Positions 1-9,245 are shown, numbered from the stretch's first letter. The stretch is 64,000 bases of DNA from a virus (IMGVR_UViG_3300031133_000383:250635-314634); one strand, 5' to 3'. A program made the numbers and translations. The notes: generated by a model not told the origin, from the sequence alone.

Positions 1-105
1 GCATGACCACTGAAAGTTGTGAAGCCCTTTTTCTACCTTCTTCAAAAAATGAAACTCATCTTCAACTATTTGAAAAAACTATCATTCATATTAAGGAGAC
101 ATTTA

Positions 106-765
106 ATGTTTAAATCAATCAGTTACATGCTAACTGTTTTATTAGGGTACTCATCTTTATGTTTGGCTGCCGACACTTTTGCCACTGAAAATTTTTTACC
201 AAAACTCACCATTCCGACCAGCCATGTAGAAATTGAAGTTAGGCAGCAGAATGATAATGAACCAATGCCTATTAAATCTTTTGGAGTTGAATTGGGCAAG
301 CCGTATAAAGATTTTTCTTTTAATCAATATGATTTGGGTCAAAGCATTAAGTTTGAACCATCAGAACCAATGAAAGATATTTTCAATTATTATAGTCTTT
401 CGATCTTGCCTAATAATAAAGTTTCACGTATCAATGCTTCGGGTGATATTGATGGAAGCAAATACTCATGTCCCGAAGTGGCGGCTCTTTTATCAAAAGA
501 TTTGTTGGCAAAATATGATAATGTACAACTTGTTAAAGAAACAAAAACTGTTGAAGGTAAAACAGTTGTTACTCATTATAAAACAAGTACTCGATTCAAG
601 ATAAAACGTGAAAAACTCGACGAGTATATTTACCTCAGTGATAAAGAAGGTATCAGTATTTTGTGCATGGGCAATTATATTTCTTATCAATCTCAATTAC
701 TTGATGTTTCAGATTCTGTTGATGTTCCATTGGATAGAGTGAAAAATATTAAGTCAACACTTTAA
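106..765 (+). CDS. Hypothetical secreted/periplasmic protein
   Basis: SD AAGGAG at 93-98 favours ATG 106 over ORF-track start 19; hydrophobic N-terminus ending SSLCLAA-D resembles a signal peptide. Confidence 0.6.
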   Translation: MFKSISYMLTVLLGYSSLCLAADTFATENFLPKLTIPTSHVEIEVRQQNDNEPMPIKSFGVELGKPYKDFSFNQYDLGQSIKFEPSEPMKDIFNYYSLSILPNNKVSRINASGDIDGSKYSCPEVAALLSKDLLAKYDNVQLVKETKTVEGKTVVTHYKTSTRFKIKREKLDEYIYLSDKEGISILCMGNYISYQSQLLDVSDSVDVPLDRVKNIKSTL

Positions 766-800
766 GAAATAGATGGAATATACAGTAAATCAACATAATT

Positions 801-823
801 AAAGTGCCATATGGCACTTTTTT
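801..823 (+). terminator. Rho-independent terminator
   Basis: AAAGTGCC-ATAT-GGCACTTT stem followed by T run. Confidence 0.7.
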
Positions 824-880
824 ATTTCTTTTTTTGAGCTATTGTGCTATCATTGTTTATAATTTTAAAGGAGATTACCC

Positions 881-1669
881 ATGGGTGGTACAGTTCAACT
901 TGTCGTTCGTAAATCATGTGGTGAAGTTATCGCGTTACCTGTGTGGACCAACAGTATGGCAAATAATATTCTTAAGAATGTTGACTTTTTTTCTGGTGAC
1001 TTTACTGCACTTGATAATTTCATAACTTATCACAACCAACTTCAAAAAGATTATGAACACAATAAAAAGAGTGAAACATTCATGGACAGTAATGCTCGCT
1101 TTTTCGGACAGCATCCATTTGGTAATATTAGACCAGTCGATTACGGTATTGTAGTCGTGGACTTCATTCAAAAACAAATTATTGATATGCAGGATTATAC
1201 TTCAGGAAAAACCCTTTATTTTTCGTTCAAGCGTCATATAGCCAGTGGTGAAGTTCAAATGGTTTCTCTGGAAAGAGAACAAGCCGATGTTAAACGATTA
1301 AATGATTTGATCAATAAAGGTCATGGACTTCAAATGGAACAGCGATATGCAGGTGTAAAGTTTGATATTAGTGATATTCGCACAATGGATGTACTTCTAA
1401 CCCGTGCTTCGCTGGCTTTAAAAGGCGTTGACATACCTATGACAATGGATGTTTTTGGCTACGAATCATTTGCATTAGATGTACACTTTGAACGAAAAGG
1501 ATTTACTCATAGTGAGTTTAATGTTAGAATGATTGACGAAATCAAACAGTGTTATGAAGCCATCAAAACGCTGGATATTCCAATGTCAAGTGATGATGAA
1601 AGTCATTGGGCTAAATTTATCAGTAATCGCGAAAGCATTATTAAAGAAAATGAACAATACGAAAAATAA
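881..1669 (+). CDS. Hypothetical protein, paralog of 6013..6840
   Basis: SD AAGGAG; starts MGG and shares P.DYG..(V/F)DF..K motif with 6013..6840. Confidence 0.7.
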   Translation: MGGTVQLVVRKSCGEVIALPVWTNSMANNILKNVDFFSGDFTALDNFITYHNQLQKDYEHNKKSETFMDSNARFFGQHPFGNIRPVDYGIVVVDFIQKQIIDMQDYTSGKTLYFSFKRHIASGEVQMVSLEREQADVKRLNDLINKGHGLQMEQRYAGVKFDISDIRTMDVLLTRASLALKGVDIPMTMDVFGYESFALDVHFERKGFTHSEFNVRMIDEIKQCYEAIKTLDIPMSSDDESHWAKFISNRESIIKENEQYEK

Positions 1670-1677
1670 GTGATTAT

Positions 1678-2049
1678 ATGACTATTAACGGTATTGAAAT
1701 CAAACAAAAAATCAACAAAATTGATGCAGTGTCAAAACTGATTCATAATGATTTGAGTATTTTCATTAACAGACAGCAAATGATTGATCTTTTATCAAAA
1801 AATGAATTGGTTCTTGCCTTTGTATTAACAAATAATATTCGTAATAAATCCGTTCGAAAACTTGTTTTTAATCACTTTTGTAACGAGTTGCTGGGTCATG
1901 ATTGGCCCAGCGATAGAGCGATGCTAAACATGGAACCTGATGAGTTTTCTGAGTTCACTTGTGAGCTTATTGCAGAAGCCATAGATCGTGGTTATATTTA
2001 TAATTCAGATTCTAATGGTATAATTGACTCTATTGAAAACTATGTTTAA
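1678..2049 (+). CDS. Hypothetical protein
   Basis: 123 aa ORF in co-directional run. Confidence 0.6.
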   Translation: MTINGIEIKQKINKIDAVSKLIHNDLSIFINRQQMIDLLSKNELVLAFVLTNNIRNKSVRKLVFNHFCNELLGHDWPSDRAMLNMEPDEFSEFTCELIAEAIDRGYIYNSDSNGIIDSIENYV

Positions 2050-2060
2050 TTGGAGACAAT

Positions 2061-2777
2061 ATGAATAAAATAAAGTTAATTATTATGTTTATTTTATCTC
2101 CTGCTTTACATTTTTTTATTTTTAGTATTTTTTATATTCATAAAGAAATTAATTCTATTTATAGTTCTTTCAATCCACTCAATAATGATCTAGTTTTTTC
2201 CATAGCTAATATGTTCAAATTAGTTTTTTTTGTATTAACCCTATTTATTATTTTAAATATATTTTTTAACATATTTAAAATAATCCTGCTTCATAGGATA
2301 TTTATAACATCATCAAATGATTATAAAAAAATACTAGTTTTTTTTATTTTATGGATATTTTTGTCATGTTTATCCTTGTTTTTTTATTTAAAAGATGGTT
2401 TATATGTGATTATTTTTAGTCTTGCATATGGTTTTTGTATTACAATTTGTATTAAAATAAGCATCCATTCATTGCATATGCATAATATTGATAAACGATA
2501 TTCTAATTTTATTAAATTTATTCCAATAAGTTTTCTTGAGCAAGACGTTTGCTTTTTTTGGCGTAATAATCGAATAGGCATTGTTAGCATAGAAGGTATG
2601 ACTGATAGAGGGATGCTTGATAAAATAATGATTAATAACAGAATAATTGATTATATAATGATTGATAACAAGATGGTTGATTATTCAACTGTACAGAAGT
2701 TTGAGCATATTTTTAGAAAAGAGATTCCTTTTTTCAATAATGAAGAATTGGATACTGTACTGATGTATTGTCATTAA
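2061..2777 (+). CDS. Multi-pass membrane protein with shared C-terminal motif
   Basis: SD GGAG; several hydrophobic segments; ends TVLMYCH. Confidence 0.6.
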   Translation: MNKIKLIIMFILSPALHFFIFSIFYIHKEINSIYSSFNPLNNDLVFSIANMFKLVFFVLTLFIILNIFFNIFKIILLHRIFITSSNDYKKILVFFILWIFLSCLSLFFYLKDGLYVIIFSLAYGFCITICIKISIHSLHMHNIDKRYSNFIKFIPISFLEQDVCFFWRNNRIGIVSIEGMTDRGMLDKIMINNRIIDYIMIDNKMVDYSTVQKFEHIFRKEIPFFNNEELDTVLMYCH

Positions 2778-2874
2778 TCCCAACTATTATTAACCGATCA
2801 TCTTCTATCAATAAAAAATGATGGTCGTCTACTTTTATTTGTGTTATAATACCCTCAATTAAAAGGAGCGGTCA

Positions 2875-3312
2875 ATGAAAAGTGTTATTTTATTTCTAGA
2901 TTTTGATGGTGTATTCCATCCTTTGATGGGCAGTGGCCTTAAATTTATTGATCTCCCTAATTTTGAAAATGTTATTCGTCAATACAAAGATCGGTTTGAT
3001 TTTAAACTGGTCATTAGTAGCACTTGGCGTCGTGAGTATACACTTTCTCAAATGTCCAAGTTCTTTTCCCCGGATATTGCGATGTTGCTGGTTGGTGTTA
3101 CGCCTGTCATCAATACTATTGGTGATGGTGTTCGTTACGAAGAAGCTCAACAATGGCGTGCTCAGAACGATATGAATTCGGATTGGATTGCCATTGATGA
3201 TGACCATTATGCGTGGAGTCGTGTGGAGCAGCTTGTTTGGTGCCATGATAAATTTCAAGAGAGAGAAGTAGGCATATTGCAATCTCAATTAAATAAAATA
3301 GAGATTATTTAA
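2875..3312 (+). CDS. HAD-superfamily phosphatase (Swiss Army Knife RNA-repair-like HAD domain)
   Basis: FLDFDGV motif I, ISSTWR motif II, VGVTP, WIAIDDD motif IV. Confidence 0.8.
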   Translation: MKSVILFLDFDGVFHPLMGSGLKFIDLPNFENVIRQYKDRFDFKLVISSTWRREYTLSQMSKFFSPDIAMLLVGVTPVINTIGDGVRYEEAQQWRAQNDMNSDWIAIDDDHYAWSRVEQLVWCHDKFQEREVGILQSQLNKIEII

Positions 3313-3313
3313 A

Positions 3314-3787
3314 ATGATTAAGCCCACACTTCTTATCTTTTTAGATTTTGATGGAGTGCTTCATTATTTCTTTCCAAAAGCTGGAATTCCAGATGAAGAC
3401 AATAAATTTTTTGCATTGATTCCCAATTTTGAAACTGTAATTAATCGCTATAAAAATCAAGTTGATTTTAAAATTGTTATTTCAAGTTCTTGGCGAGAAA
3501 TCAAAACTATTGCAGAACTGAAATCTCCATTTTCAATGGAAATTCAGAAACTTATTGTGGGGATTACACCGATTCATTTTGGAAGTGGCACTGGAAGTCG
3601 CTTGAAAGAATGTGAGATGTGGATGCAGCAAAATGAATACACTGGCAATTGGATTGGTATTGATGATAATCTGGACATTTGGAATTATCATCAAAATGTT
3701 GTTTTTTGTGAAGATGGTTTATTTAGCAACGAAATGAATGTTTTTTCTCAATGGTGTGAATCTATTATCAATAAGGAGTCCTTATGA
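3314..3787 (+). CDS. HAD-superfamily phosphatase, tandem paralog
   Basis: FLDFDGVLH, ISSSWR, VGITP, WIGIDDN. Confidence 0.8.
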   Translation: MIKPTLLIFLDFDGVLHYFFPKAGIPDEDNKFFALIPNFETVINRYKNQVDFKIVISSSWREIKTIAELKSPFSMEIQKLIVGITPIHFGSGTGSRLKECEMWMQQNEYTGNWIGIDDNLDIWNYHQNVVFCEDGLFSNEMNVFSQWCESIINKESL

Positions 3788-4266
3788 AATATAATGTTCA
3801 AATGATTTCAATTCATCAAATTATGCCGAATATTTCTCGTTCAACTTCATTAAGTTTAATTATGAAACCAACTTCTATTTTCTGTAGACCGTTTAAAAAA
3901 AATGAATACATTGAATTTTCTATTTATAATCGAAACGATGATGACTTGATAGAAATTCGTCCTTTTTCGGCAAAAGCTGATTACACTTATGTTGAAAAAT
4001 CTTTACTTGAAGCAGCTTTCAAAGCTGATAAATGTGTTGTTCTTTGTTTGAAAGATTCTGATGAAGTTGTTTTTGTTCCCTATGCTGATATTTCATGGCT
4101 GCTGTATGGAAAACATACTGTCCAATTCACACCTCATTATTTCGGCAAATCGGGATTGTTTAAAATTGTTGTAGATCATGACTTAATTTCATCTGTTGAT
4201 ATGCATAAAGTAACTTACAAGTCTTTTGAAGATATAGTTAACCTTAGTGATATTTCTCCTTTCTGA
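3784..4266 (+). CDS. Hypothetical protein
   Basis: SD AAGGAG, 4-nt overlap with upstream gene. Confidence 0.6.
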   Translation: MKYNVQMISIHQIMPNISRSTSLSLIMKPTSIFCRPFKKNEYIEFSIYNRNDDDLIEIRPFSAKADYTYVEKSLLEAAFKADKCVVLCLKDSDEVVFVPYADISWLLYGKHTVQFTPHYFGKSGLFKIVVDHDLISSVDMHKVTYKSFEDIVNLSDISPF

Positions 4267-4359
4267 CGTTTTAAAATTTTGTATCAAATCTTTACAAGTT
4301 ATTGTATATCTATACTGTAAATGCTATAATCTTATTCAAATCATATAGGAGTTTCATCC

Positions 4360-5088
4360 ATGCTTAAAACGTTGTCATATGCTGTTGCCTTTGCAACCAT
4401 TTTTCTAACAGGATGTGATCAAAAAGAATATCAAACACCAGCCGAGCGGGGTGTTGGCAATTCTAGTCAGTCTGTTCAAGAACCATCTTCTCAATCTAGT
4501 GTAACAGTGGAAGAAGAAAATGAATTGAAAGCTCTTGTTGCTGATATGAAGTCTAAAGATCCAACCATCGTTGATGCTTATTACAGTGTTGGTGAAGATG
4601 GGCAAAAAATTCTAAACGTAGTCAAAGAAGACGAAAAAACTGCAGGTAGTGGAAGTGAGGCTTCTGGTAGCAGTGGTTTGAGTACATTTATGTGGGCTAT
4701 GGCTGGTGGGTTGACTGCTAATGCACTGTTTAATGCATTTTCCAATAATCGTGGTAATATGAGTGCTGTTGCTAATCAATATAGACCAATGAATACAAAT
4801 CGTACAAGTTATTCAGGTTATACTGCTCAAAAACAGATGGCACAGTCTGGATATCGTGGTTCAATTGACCCAAACAAGTTTCAACCAAAAAGGTCAATCG
4901 ATACGAGTAAAAAATTGACACCAGTGACGAAAAATTCCAATAACGTGCGTCCACTCTCACAAGATGCTTATCGTAATACATCAACTCGACCTGTGGAAAC
5001 TCGTGTCATTCAAAAACAATCGACATCGAGCTATAGTAAGCCAAAACCTAGCATATTTAAACGTAGTACATTTGGTCGTCGTCGTTAA
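4360..5088 (+). CDS. Putative lipoprotein with Ser/Arg/Lys-rich tail
   Basis: Signal peptide with lipobox LTGC; low-complexity basic C-terminus ending STFGRRR. Confidence 0.7.
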   Translation: MLKTLSYAVAFATIFLTGCDQKEYQTPAERGVGNSSQSVQEPSSQSSVTVEEENELKALVADMKSKDPTIVDAYYSVGEDGQKILNVVKEDEKTAGSGSEASGSSGLSTFMWAMAGGLTANALFNAFSNNRGNMSAVANQYRPMNTNRTSYSGYTAQKQMAQSGYRGSIDPNKFQPKRSIDTSKKLTPVTKNSNNVRPLSQDAYRNTSTRPVETRVIQKQSTSSYSKPKPSIFKRSTFGRRR

Positions 5089-5102
5089 ATCCATCACAAA
5101 TT

Positions 5103-5131
5103 AAAAGACCTACTTCGGTAGGTCTTTTTTT
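5103..5131. terminator. Bidirectional Rho-independent terminator
   Basis: AAAAGACCTAC-TTCG-GTAGGTC-T7 between convergent genes. Confidence 0.85.
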
Positions 5132-5864
5132 ATTTCAATTTTAGTTTTGATAACATACAAGATTCTTCCAATGCTTCAGGCTTATCTTTATATTTGTACC
5201 CTAAGTGCTCTAATAGATCAATCATGTCTTTAATGGACAATTTCTTTGTATAATCATTTGTACGTATTTCAAAATGATACTCATCTATTTTATCAAAGTA
5301 ATCTGGTAACATTTCTTGCAATATATCACTCACATACAGATCAGGTTCTGAATCCAAACTGTCATAAAACCATATACAAAATGTACTTTCTGATCCTCTA
5401 AATCCATTATTACCGATCATAGGCGTATCCAGTCCATTAACAATAAATTTGGCTTCATTACCGTAAGACATGTCAGGGAAGTAGAAATAAAATTCATTGG
5501 CTACTTTTATTTTATCCGTTTGATTTAACTTCTTGGTTTCTTCCATAAACTTTTCCATTACATCGCCATTTTCGTCATTTTCAAGACGCTTGATGTTTCT
5601 TCTTAGAAAGGTTTTAGCATTGAATTCTTTTGAACCTTCTTTTTCAACAGTTTTCGCAACAATATTATCTTGATTAATTATTGAAAGCTCACCATTTTTG
5701 TTTTCTATAATAAAACAGTTGTCATGACCTTTAATAGAAAACTCTCTCATCACATCACCATTACCGTCTTTATATTTTCGTTCCCGTTTAATATTGACAG
5801 TAGAGGTAAGACCAAACTGCTCTTTGATAAAATTTTTGCAATCTTCGGTTGTAATTTTACTCAT
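5130..5864 (-). CDS. Hypothetical protein
   Basis: 244 aa ORF with SD GGAG. Confidence 0.65.
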   Translation of the reverse strand: MSKITTEDCKNFIKEQFGLTSTVNIKRERKYKDGNGDVMREFSIKGHDNCFIIENKNGELSIINQDNIVAKTVEKEGSKEFNAKTFLRRNIKRLENDENGDVMEKFMEETKKLNQTDKIKVANEFYFYFPDMSYGNEAKFIVNGLDTPMIGNNGFRGSESTFCIWFYDSLDSEPDLYVSDILQEMLPDYFDKIDEYHFEIRTNDYTKKLSIKDMIDLLEHLGYKYKDKPEALEESCMLSKLKLK

Positions 5865-6012
5865 ATAATAACTCCATTTTGGCCTTTATAATAGCATAAA
5901 ATATGAGAAAATGTCAAATTAATTATGTTATAACTGTTTTTATTGATGGCATGTCAATATTGAAATATTTTTTTATCATGTTACTTTATATAATTAATAA
6001 AGGTATTATATT

Positions 6013-6840
6013 ATGGGCGGAATGGTTTCAATTTTAGCAAGATTTAGCGATAATATAAAAATTTCATTCAGAATATCAACAGGTTGCATTAATTCTTTTC
6101 ATGATTTAGATTTACTCGATGAGAATAAATTTAAAGCTCATATAGAAAAAGAACACTATTACATAAATGAAGAAGTCACTGATGAGCATCATCAAGATTA
6201 TTATAATGCACGCTGTTTCTTTGCTCCCACTGACTATGGTCTTTTATTTTTCGACTTCAAAGAAAAATATGTGTGGTCTAGTAATAATTACAATGCATTT
6301 TTCTTGTTAAGTACTTGGTTGATTAAGTCTCAATATTCATACCTCGCTGATATTCTATCACTTAGTAACGAAACAAAAGAAACCTTGACTGTATCCGAAT
6401 GTGCTTTTGTAAATGGTCAAATTTTGACTACAAAAGAATATCATTTTCTTGCAGAGTACTCTGAACATTTCAGTTCCTTGTTCTACATTCAACAAGTCAT
6501 CGATAGAAAAGGCACGTTTAAATATAAAAAAAATATGCTACCCAGCACATTGAATGATCTCTATTCAGTATTGGCTTACATTACAGGGGAAGACTTACTG
6601 ACAGAGGCATCATTGAAAAAAGGTCCACAAAGATTGCAATTTATGACCCTCACTATGGATATGTATGATATGGAAGCTATTATTCCTGACTGGTCTTTTC
6701 ATAATTTGGATGGTTGTTATAACGCCATACAATCTGTTTTTGATTATGTTCAACAGCACAATATTTTGAGTGAACGAGATGCACATTACTGGCATGTTTA
6801 TTTAGCTGCAAAAAAAGATTTCGAAAATCAAGAAAACTAA
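6013..6840 (+). CDS. Hypothetical protein, paralog of 881..1669
   Basis: Starts MGG; FAPTDYGLLFFDFKEK aligns with RPVDYGIVVVDFIQK. Confidence 0.7.
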   Translation: MGGMVSILARFSDNIKISFRISTGCINSFHDLDLLDENKFKAHIEKEHYYINEEVTDEHHQDYYNARCFFAPTDYGLLFFDFKEKYVWSSNNYNAFFLLSTWLIKSQYSYLADILSLSNETKETLTVSECAFVNGQILTTKEYHFLAEYSEHFSSLFYIQQVIDRKGTFKYKKNMLPSTLNDLYSVLAYITGEDLLTEASLKKGPQRLQFMTLTMDMYDMEAIIPDWSFHNLDGCYNAIQSVFDYVQQHNILSERDAHYWHVYLAAKKDFENQEN

Positions 6841-6849
6841 CTCTATTTG

Positions 6850-6878
6850 TTGAAAAAACAGTCTACATGTGATATAAT
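6850..6878 (+). promoter_or_regulatory. sigma70 promoter
   Basis: TTGAAA-17 nt-TATAAT upstream of 6900. Confidence 0.7.
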
Positions 6879-6899
6879 CCAGTAAAATATGGAATAATC

Positions 6900-7682
6900 A
6901 TGAAAACTATCAATCTACAAAATCTTATCAATGATATCTTTACTTCTCGTTATCCGAAGAGTAATTTTACACTTGATGAGGTTAATGATGTTTTTCTTTT
7001 CAAATCTTTTTTTGATAAAGACAAACAATTTGTTGACTTTACTATCAAAAATAAATCAATCACCAACATTAAAACAAACAACAAATACCTTCCAGAAGTT
7101 AAAAAACTTTTATCTATCAATAAAATGAAACGCAGTGACTTTAAAATTGTGACTGATTTTTTCAACCTTATAAGTTCAAATTCTAATTTCAACAAGATGT
7201 TTTATATTGAGAATAAATTATCCAATGATGATATGTTTTCATTCAAAAAAGAAGGTTCCTTATTTCGTTTACCTTTGGTATATCCTAGTAGTAAACAATC
7301 TTTTTTTATTACTAAAATGTCAAAAAGTTATTTTCGTTATTATTTTGAAAATAATTTTAAGATTACAAGAGATGGCAATATACTAATGGTTCCTACTATT
7401 ACTCTATTTGAACATCAAAAAAACCAACATAAATTTGCTTTCAATATTTACAATCAAACCATTTACCGTGTGCGTAAAGAATGCGTTTATTTCGAAGATT
7501 TTTTCGAAAATAACGAAGTTTTTAATGCTGCATATCATGGTGATGTCTTTGTTGATGAATACATTGATAATTATATTATCAATAGCTTTGAAGACGATGA
7601 CGATATTAAACAGCTACTGATTAGACTTCCAAGAGAACATTTATATGAAAAGGTTGAATTGCTTTCAATGTATATGATATAA
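6900..7682 (+). CDS. Hypothetical protein with shared C-terminal motif
   Basis: 260 aa; ends LLSMYMI. Confidence 0.65.
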   Translation: MKTINLQNLINDIFTSRYPKSNFTLDEVNDVFLFKSFFDKDKQFVDFTIKNKSITNIKTNNKYLPEVKKLLSINKMKRSDFKIVTDFFNLISSNSNFNKMFYIENKLSNDDMFSFKKEGSLFRLPLVYPSSKQSFFITKMSKSYFRYYFENNFKITRDGNILMVPTITLFEHQKNQHKFAFNIYNQTIYRVRKECVYFEDFFENNEVFNAAYHGDVFVDEYIDNYIINSFEDDDDIKQLLIRLPREHLYEKVELLSMYMI

Positions 7683-7709
7683 CACTGTATACTCGCTTTT
7701 GTCAGAGTA

Positions 7710-8414
7710 TTATATAACCAACATTTTCACTATTATGCCATGTGTTTCTTCATCATATTCATCTAGACTATTGACTTGAAGATGATCTTTTAAGGTGGTT
7801 TCTGTTATAAAATGATATAAATAGCTTTTTTTAACTTCATTGTATATTTGCTCAGCAATTGAAGTATCGTCATCTATTTCAATTCTACCTTCTATATCAT
7901 TGTTTTCTGATGAAAATAAGGCCCATAATTTTTTTTCTGCATAAGATGCTTTTAATTGAATAAAAAATGGTTGGCCATTCATTTTTTTTGCTGTGTATGT
8001 ACTGAGTATCACTAAATCGTTGTCTGTTAAAATAAAAAAACTTTTTGATTCTTGTAGTCTATAAACAATATATTCATTCCATATGTCTAATTTTCGAATA
8101 TCTCTGCCTTTTTCAATAAGTTGACGAACTTTTCTTCTGAATATGTCTTCATTATTAATGATTTCAGGTTGTTCTGATACTAACCATTGAATATCGGAAG
8201 GTACGTTATCATATTTAACAACTACTTCTCTCTTGTTTTGAACAATATAATAAAATTTATTTTGATAAATGATATTTTGTTTAGCAATGAATTCACCAAG
8301 AATAATTGTCTTATATGAAGGGAATTCGGCATAAATATTAATGGATTTCAAATATGAAATAATGCCAGAGTATTTTTCATTTGCATTTTTAAAAATATTT
8401 TTAAACTTTATCAT
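7710..8414 (-). CDS. Hypothetical protein with shared C-terminal motif
   Basis: 234 aa; SD GAGGGA; ends IVKMLVI. Confidence 0.65.
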   Translation of the reverse strand: MIKFKNIFKNANEKYSGIISYLKSINIYAEFPSYKTIILGEFIAKQNIIYQNKFYYIVQNKREVVVKYDNVPSDIQWLVSEQPEIINNEDIFRRKVRQLIEKGRDIRKLDIWNEYIVYRLQESKSFFILTDNDLVILSTYTAKKMNGQPFFIQLKASYAEKKLWALFSSENNDIEGRIEIDDDTSIAEQIYNEVKKSYLYHFITETTLKDHLQVNSLDEYDEETHGIIVKMLVI

Positions 8415-8541
8415 TGGTCCCTCTCTATCATATATAATATTTCATTGTTGATTATTTTCAAGTTTGCAATTTTTTTATTGACCAATGATCCACACTTTTG
8501 AAATCAATTAGAAATGGTAAGTACACTTAAAATAATCAGAT

Positions 8542-8575
8542 ACAGCTTGAATAATTTTATTCAAGCTGTTATAAT
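8542..8575 (+). promoter_or_regulatory. sigma70 promoter P1 overlapped by 28-bp palindrome (putative operator)
   Basis: TTGAAT 8547-8552, 17 nt, TATAAT 8570-8575 with TGn extension; ACAGCTTGAATAA-TT-TTATTCAAGCTGT inverted repeat. Confidence 0.75.
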
Positions 8576-8607
8576 AGGTATTATATTATTACTTAGGAAA
8601 AACACCA

Positions 8608-8661
8608 ATGAAAACTACACTAATGACAACATCCTATTATTATTCATACTATTCTCATTAA
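8608..8661 (+). CDS. Putative attenuator leader peptide MKTTLMTTSYYYSYYSH
   Basis: SD AGGA 8595-8598; 8 of last 9 sense codons Ser/Tyr; followed by alternative hairpins and terminator; below ORF-track size cut-off. Confidence 0.7.
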   Translation: MKTTLMTTSYYYSYYSH

Positions 8662-8720
8662 CCGATCTGAGAGTAGGGGTCGGTTACGGCCTCTAGTTCT
8701 TGGGATAGTTTGTTAATCTC

Positions 8721-8755
8721 AAAACCCTTTGGAGGCCACTTCTAAGGGTTTTTTT
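8721..8755 (+). terminator. Rho-independent terminator (putative attenuator terminator)
   Basis: AAAACCCTT(T)GGAG-GCCAC-TTCTAAGGG followed by T7; 5' arm also complementary to 8688-8696 and 8675-8680. Confidence 0.75.
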
Positions 8756-8845
8756 ATGTCTTTATTTGACAGGTCTTCGTTCGACCTTAAATAACATAAG
8801 TTGTTGATTTAAAAGAAAAATATTTAAAATATTTTAAAATAAATG

Positions 8846-8874
8846 TTGACAATGTAAAAAAGACTTGGTAGAAT
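8846..8874 (+). promoter_or_regulatory. sigma70 promoter P2 for tRNA cluster
   Basis: TTGACA-17 nt-TAGAAT with AT-rich upstream tract. Confidence 0.85.
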
Positions 8875-8923
8875 GTACAACATGAAGAGTTAGGAAATAA
8901 ATAAAAACTAACTTAAAGAGTAT

Positions 8924-9011
8924 GGAAGATTGGCAGAGTGGTCTATTGCAGCAGTTTCGAAAACTGCAGGGTGTCAAAGCTCCGTGAGTTCGAATCTCAC
9001 ATCTTCCTCCA
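8924..9011 (+). tRNA. tRNA-Ser(CGA)
   Basis: Acceptor GGAAGAT/ATCTTCC, anticodon arm GCAGT-TTCGAAA-ACTGC, long variable arm, TTCGAAT T-loop, encoded CCA. Confidence 0.92.
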
Positions 9012-9025
9012 AGTTAAAGTTATAT

Positions 9026-9116
9026 GGTGTGTTGGTAGAGTGGTTGAATACGTCTCCCTGCTAAGGAGATAGGTCTGAAAATGGCCTCGTGAGTTCGAAT
9101 CTCACACACACCTCCA
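9026..9116 (+). tRNA. tRNA-Ser(GCT)
   Basis: Acceptor GGTGTGT/ACACACC, TCTCC-CTGCTAA-GGAGA, long variable arm, CCA. Confidence 0.92.
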
Positions 9117-9138
9117 AATTAAGTTGTAAATGTATTAT

Positions 9139-9222
9139 GGTTAGTTGGCAGAGTGGACGATTGCGGGGGACTGTAAATCCCTTCCGAAAGGCACGGTGGT
9201 TCGAATCCATCACTAACCACCA
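9139..9222 (+). tRNA. tRNA-Tyr(GTA)
   Basis: Acceptor GGTTAGT/ACTAACC, GGGGA-CTGTAAA-TCCCT, A73, CCA. Confidence 0.92.
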
Positions 9223-9245
9223 AATTTAGATGTAATGGTTTTAAT

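Noticed and set aside
8514-8696. 60-aa ORF from the ORF track
   Set aside because: No SD; runs through the P1 promoter palindrome and overlaps the better-supported leader peptide in another frame
8766-8794. TTGACA at 8766 and small hairpin AGGTC/GACCT as an extra promoter or RNA element
   Set aside because: No acceptable -10 at 17 nt; 5-bp hairpin is too weak to call
8924-9116. U73 discriminator in Ser(CGA) and Ser(GCT)
   Set aside because: Differs from the usual G73, but SerRS relies mainly on the variable arm; not enough on its own to claim altered identity
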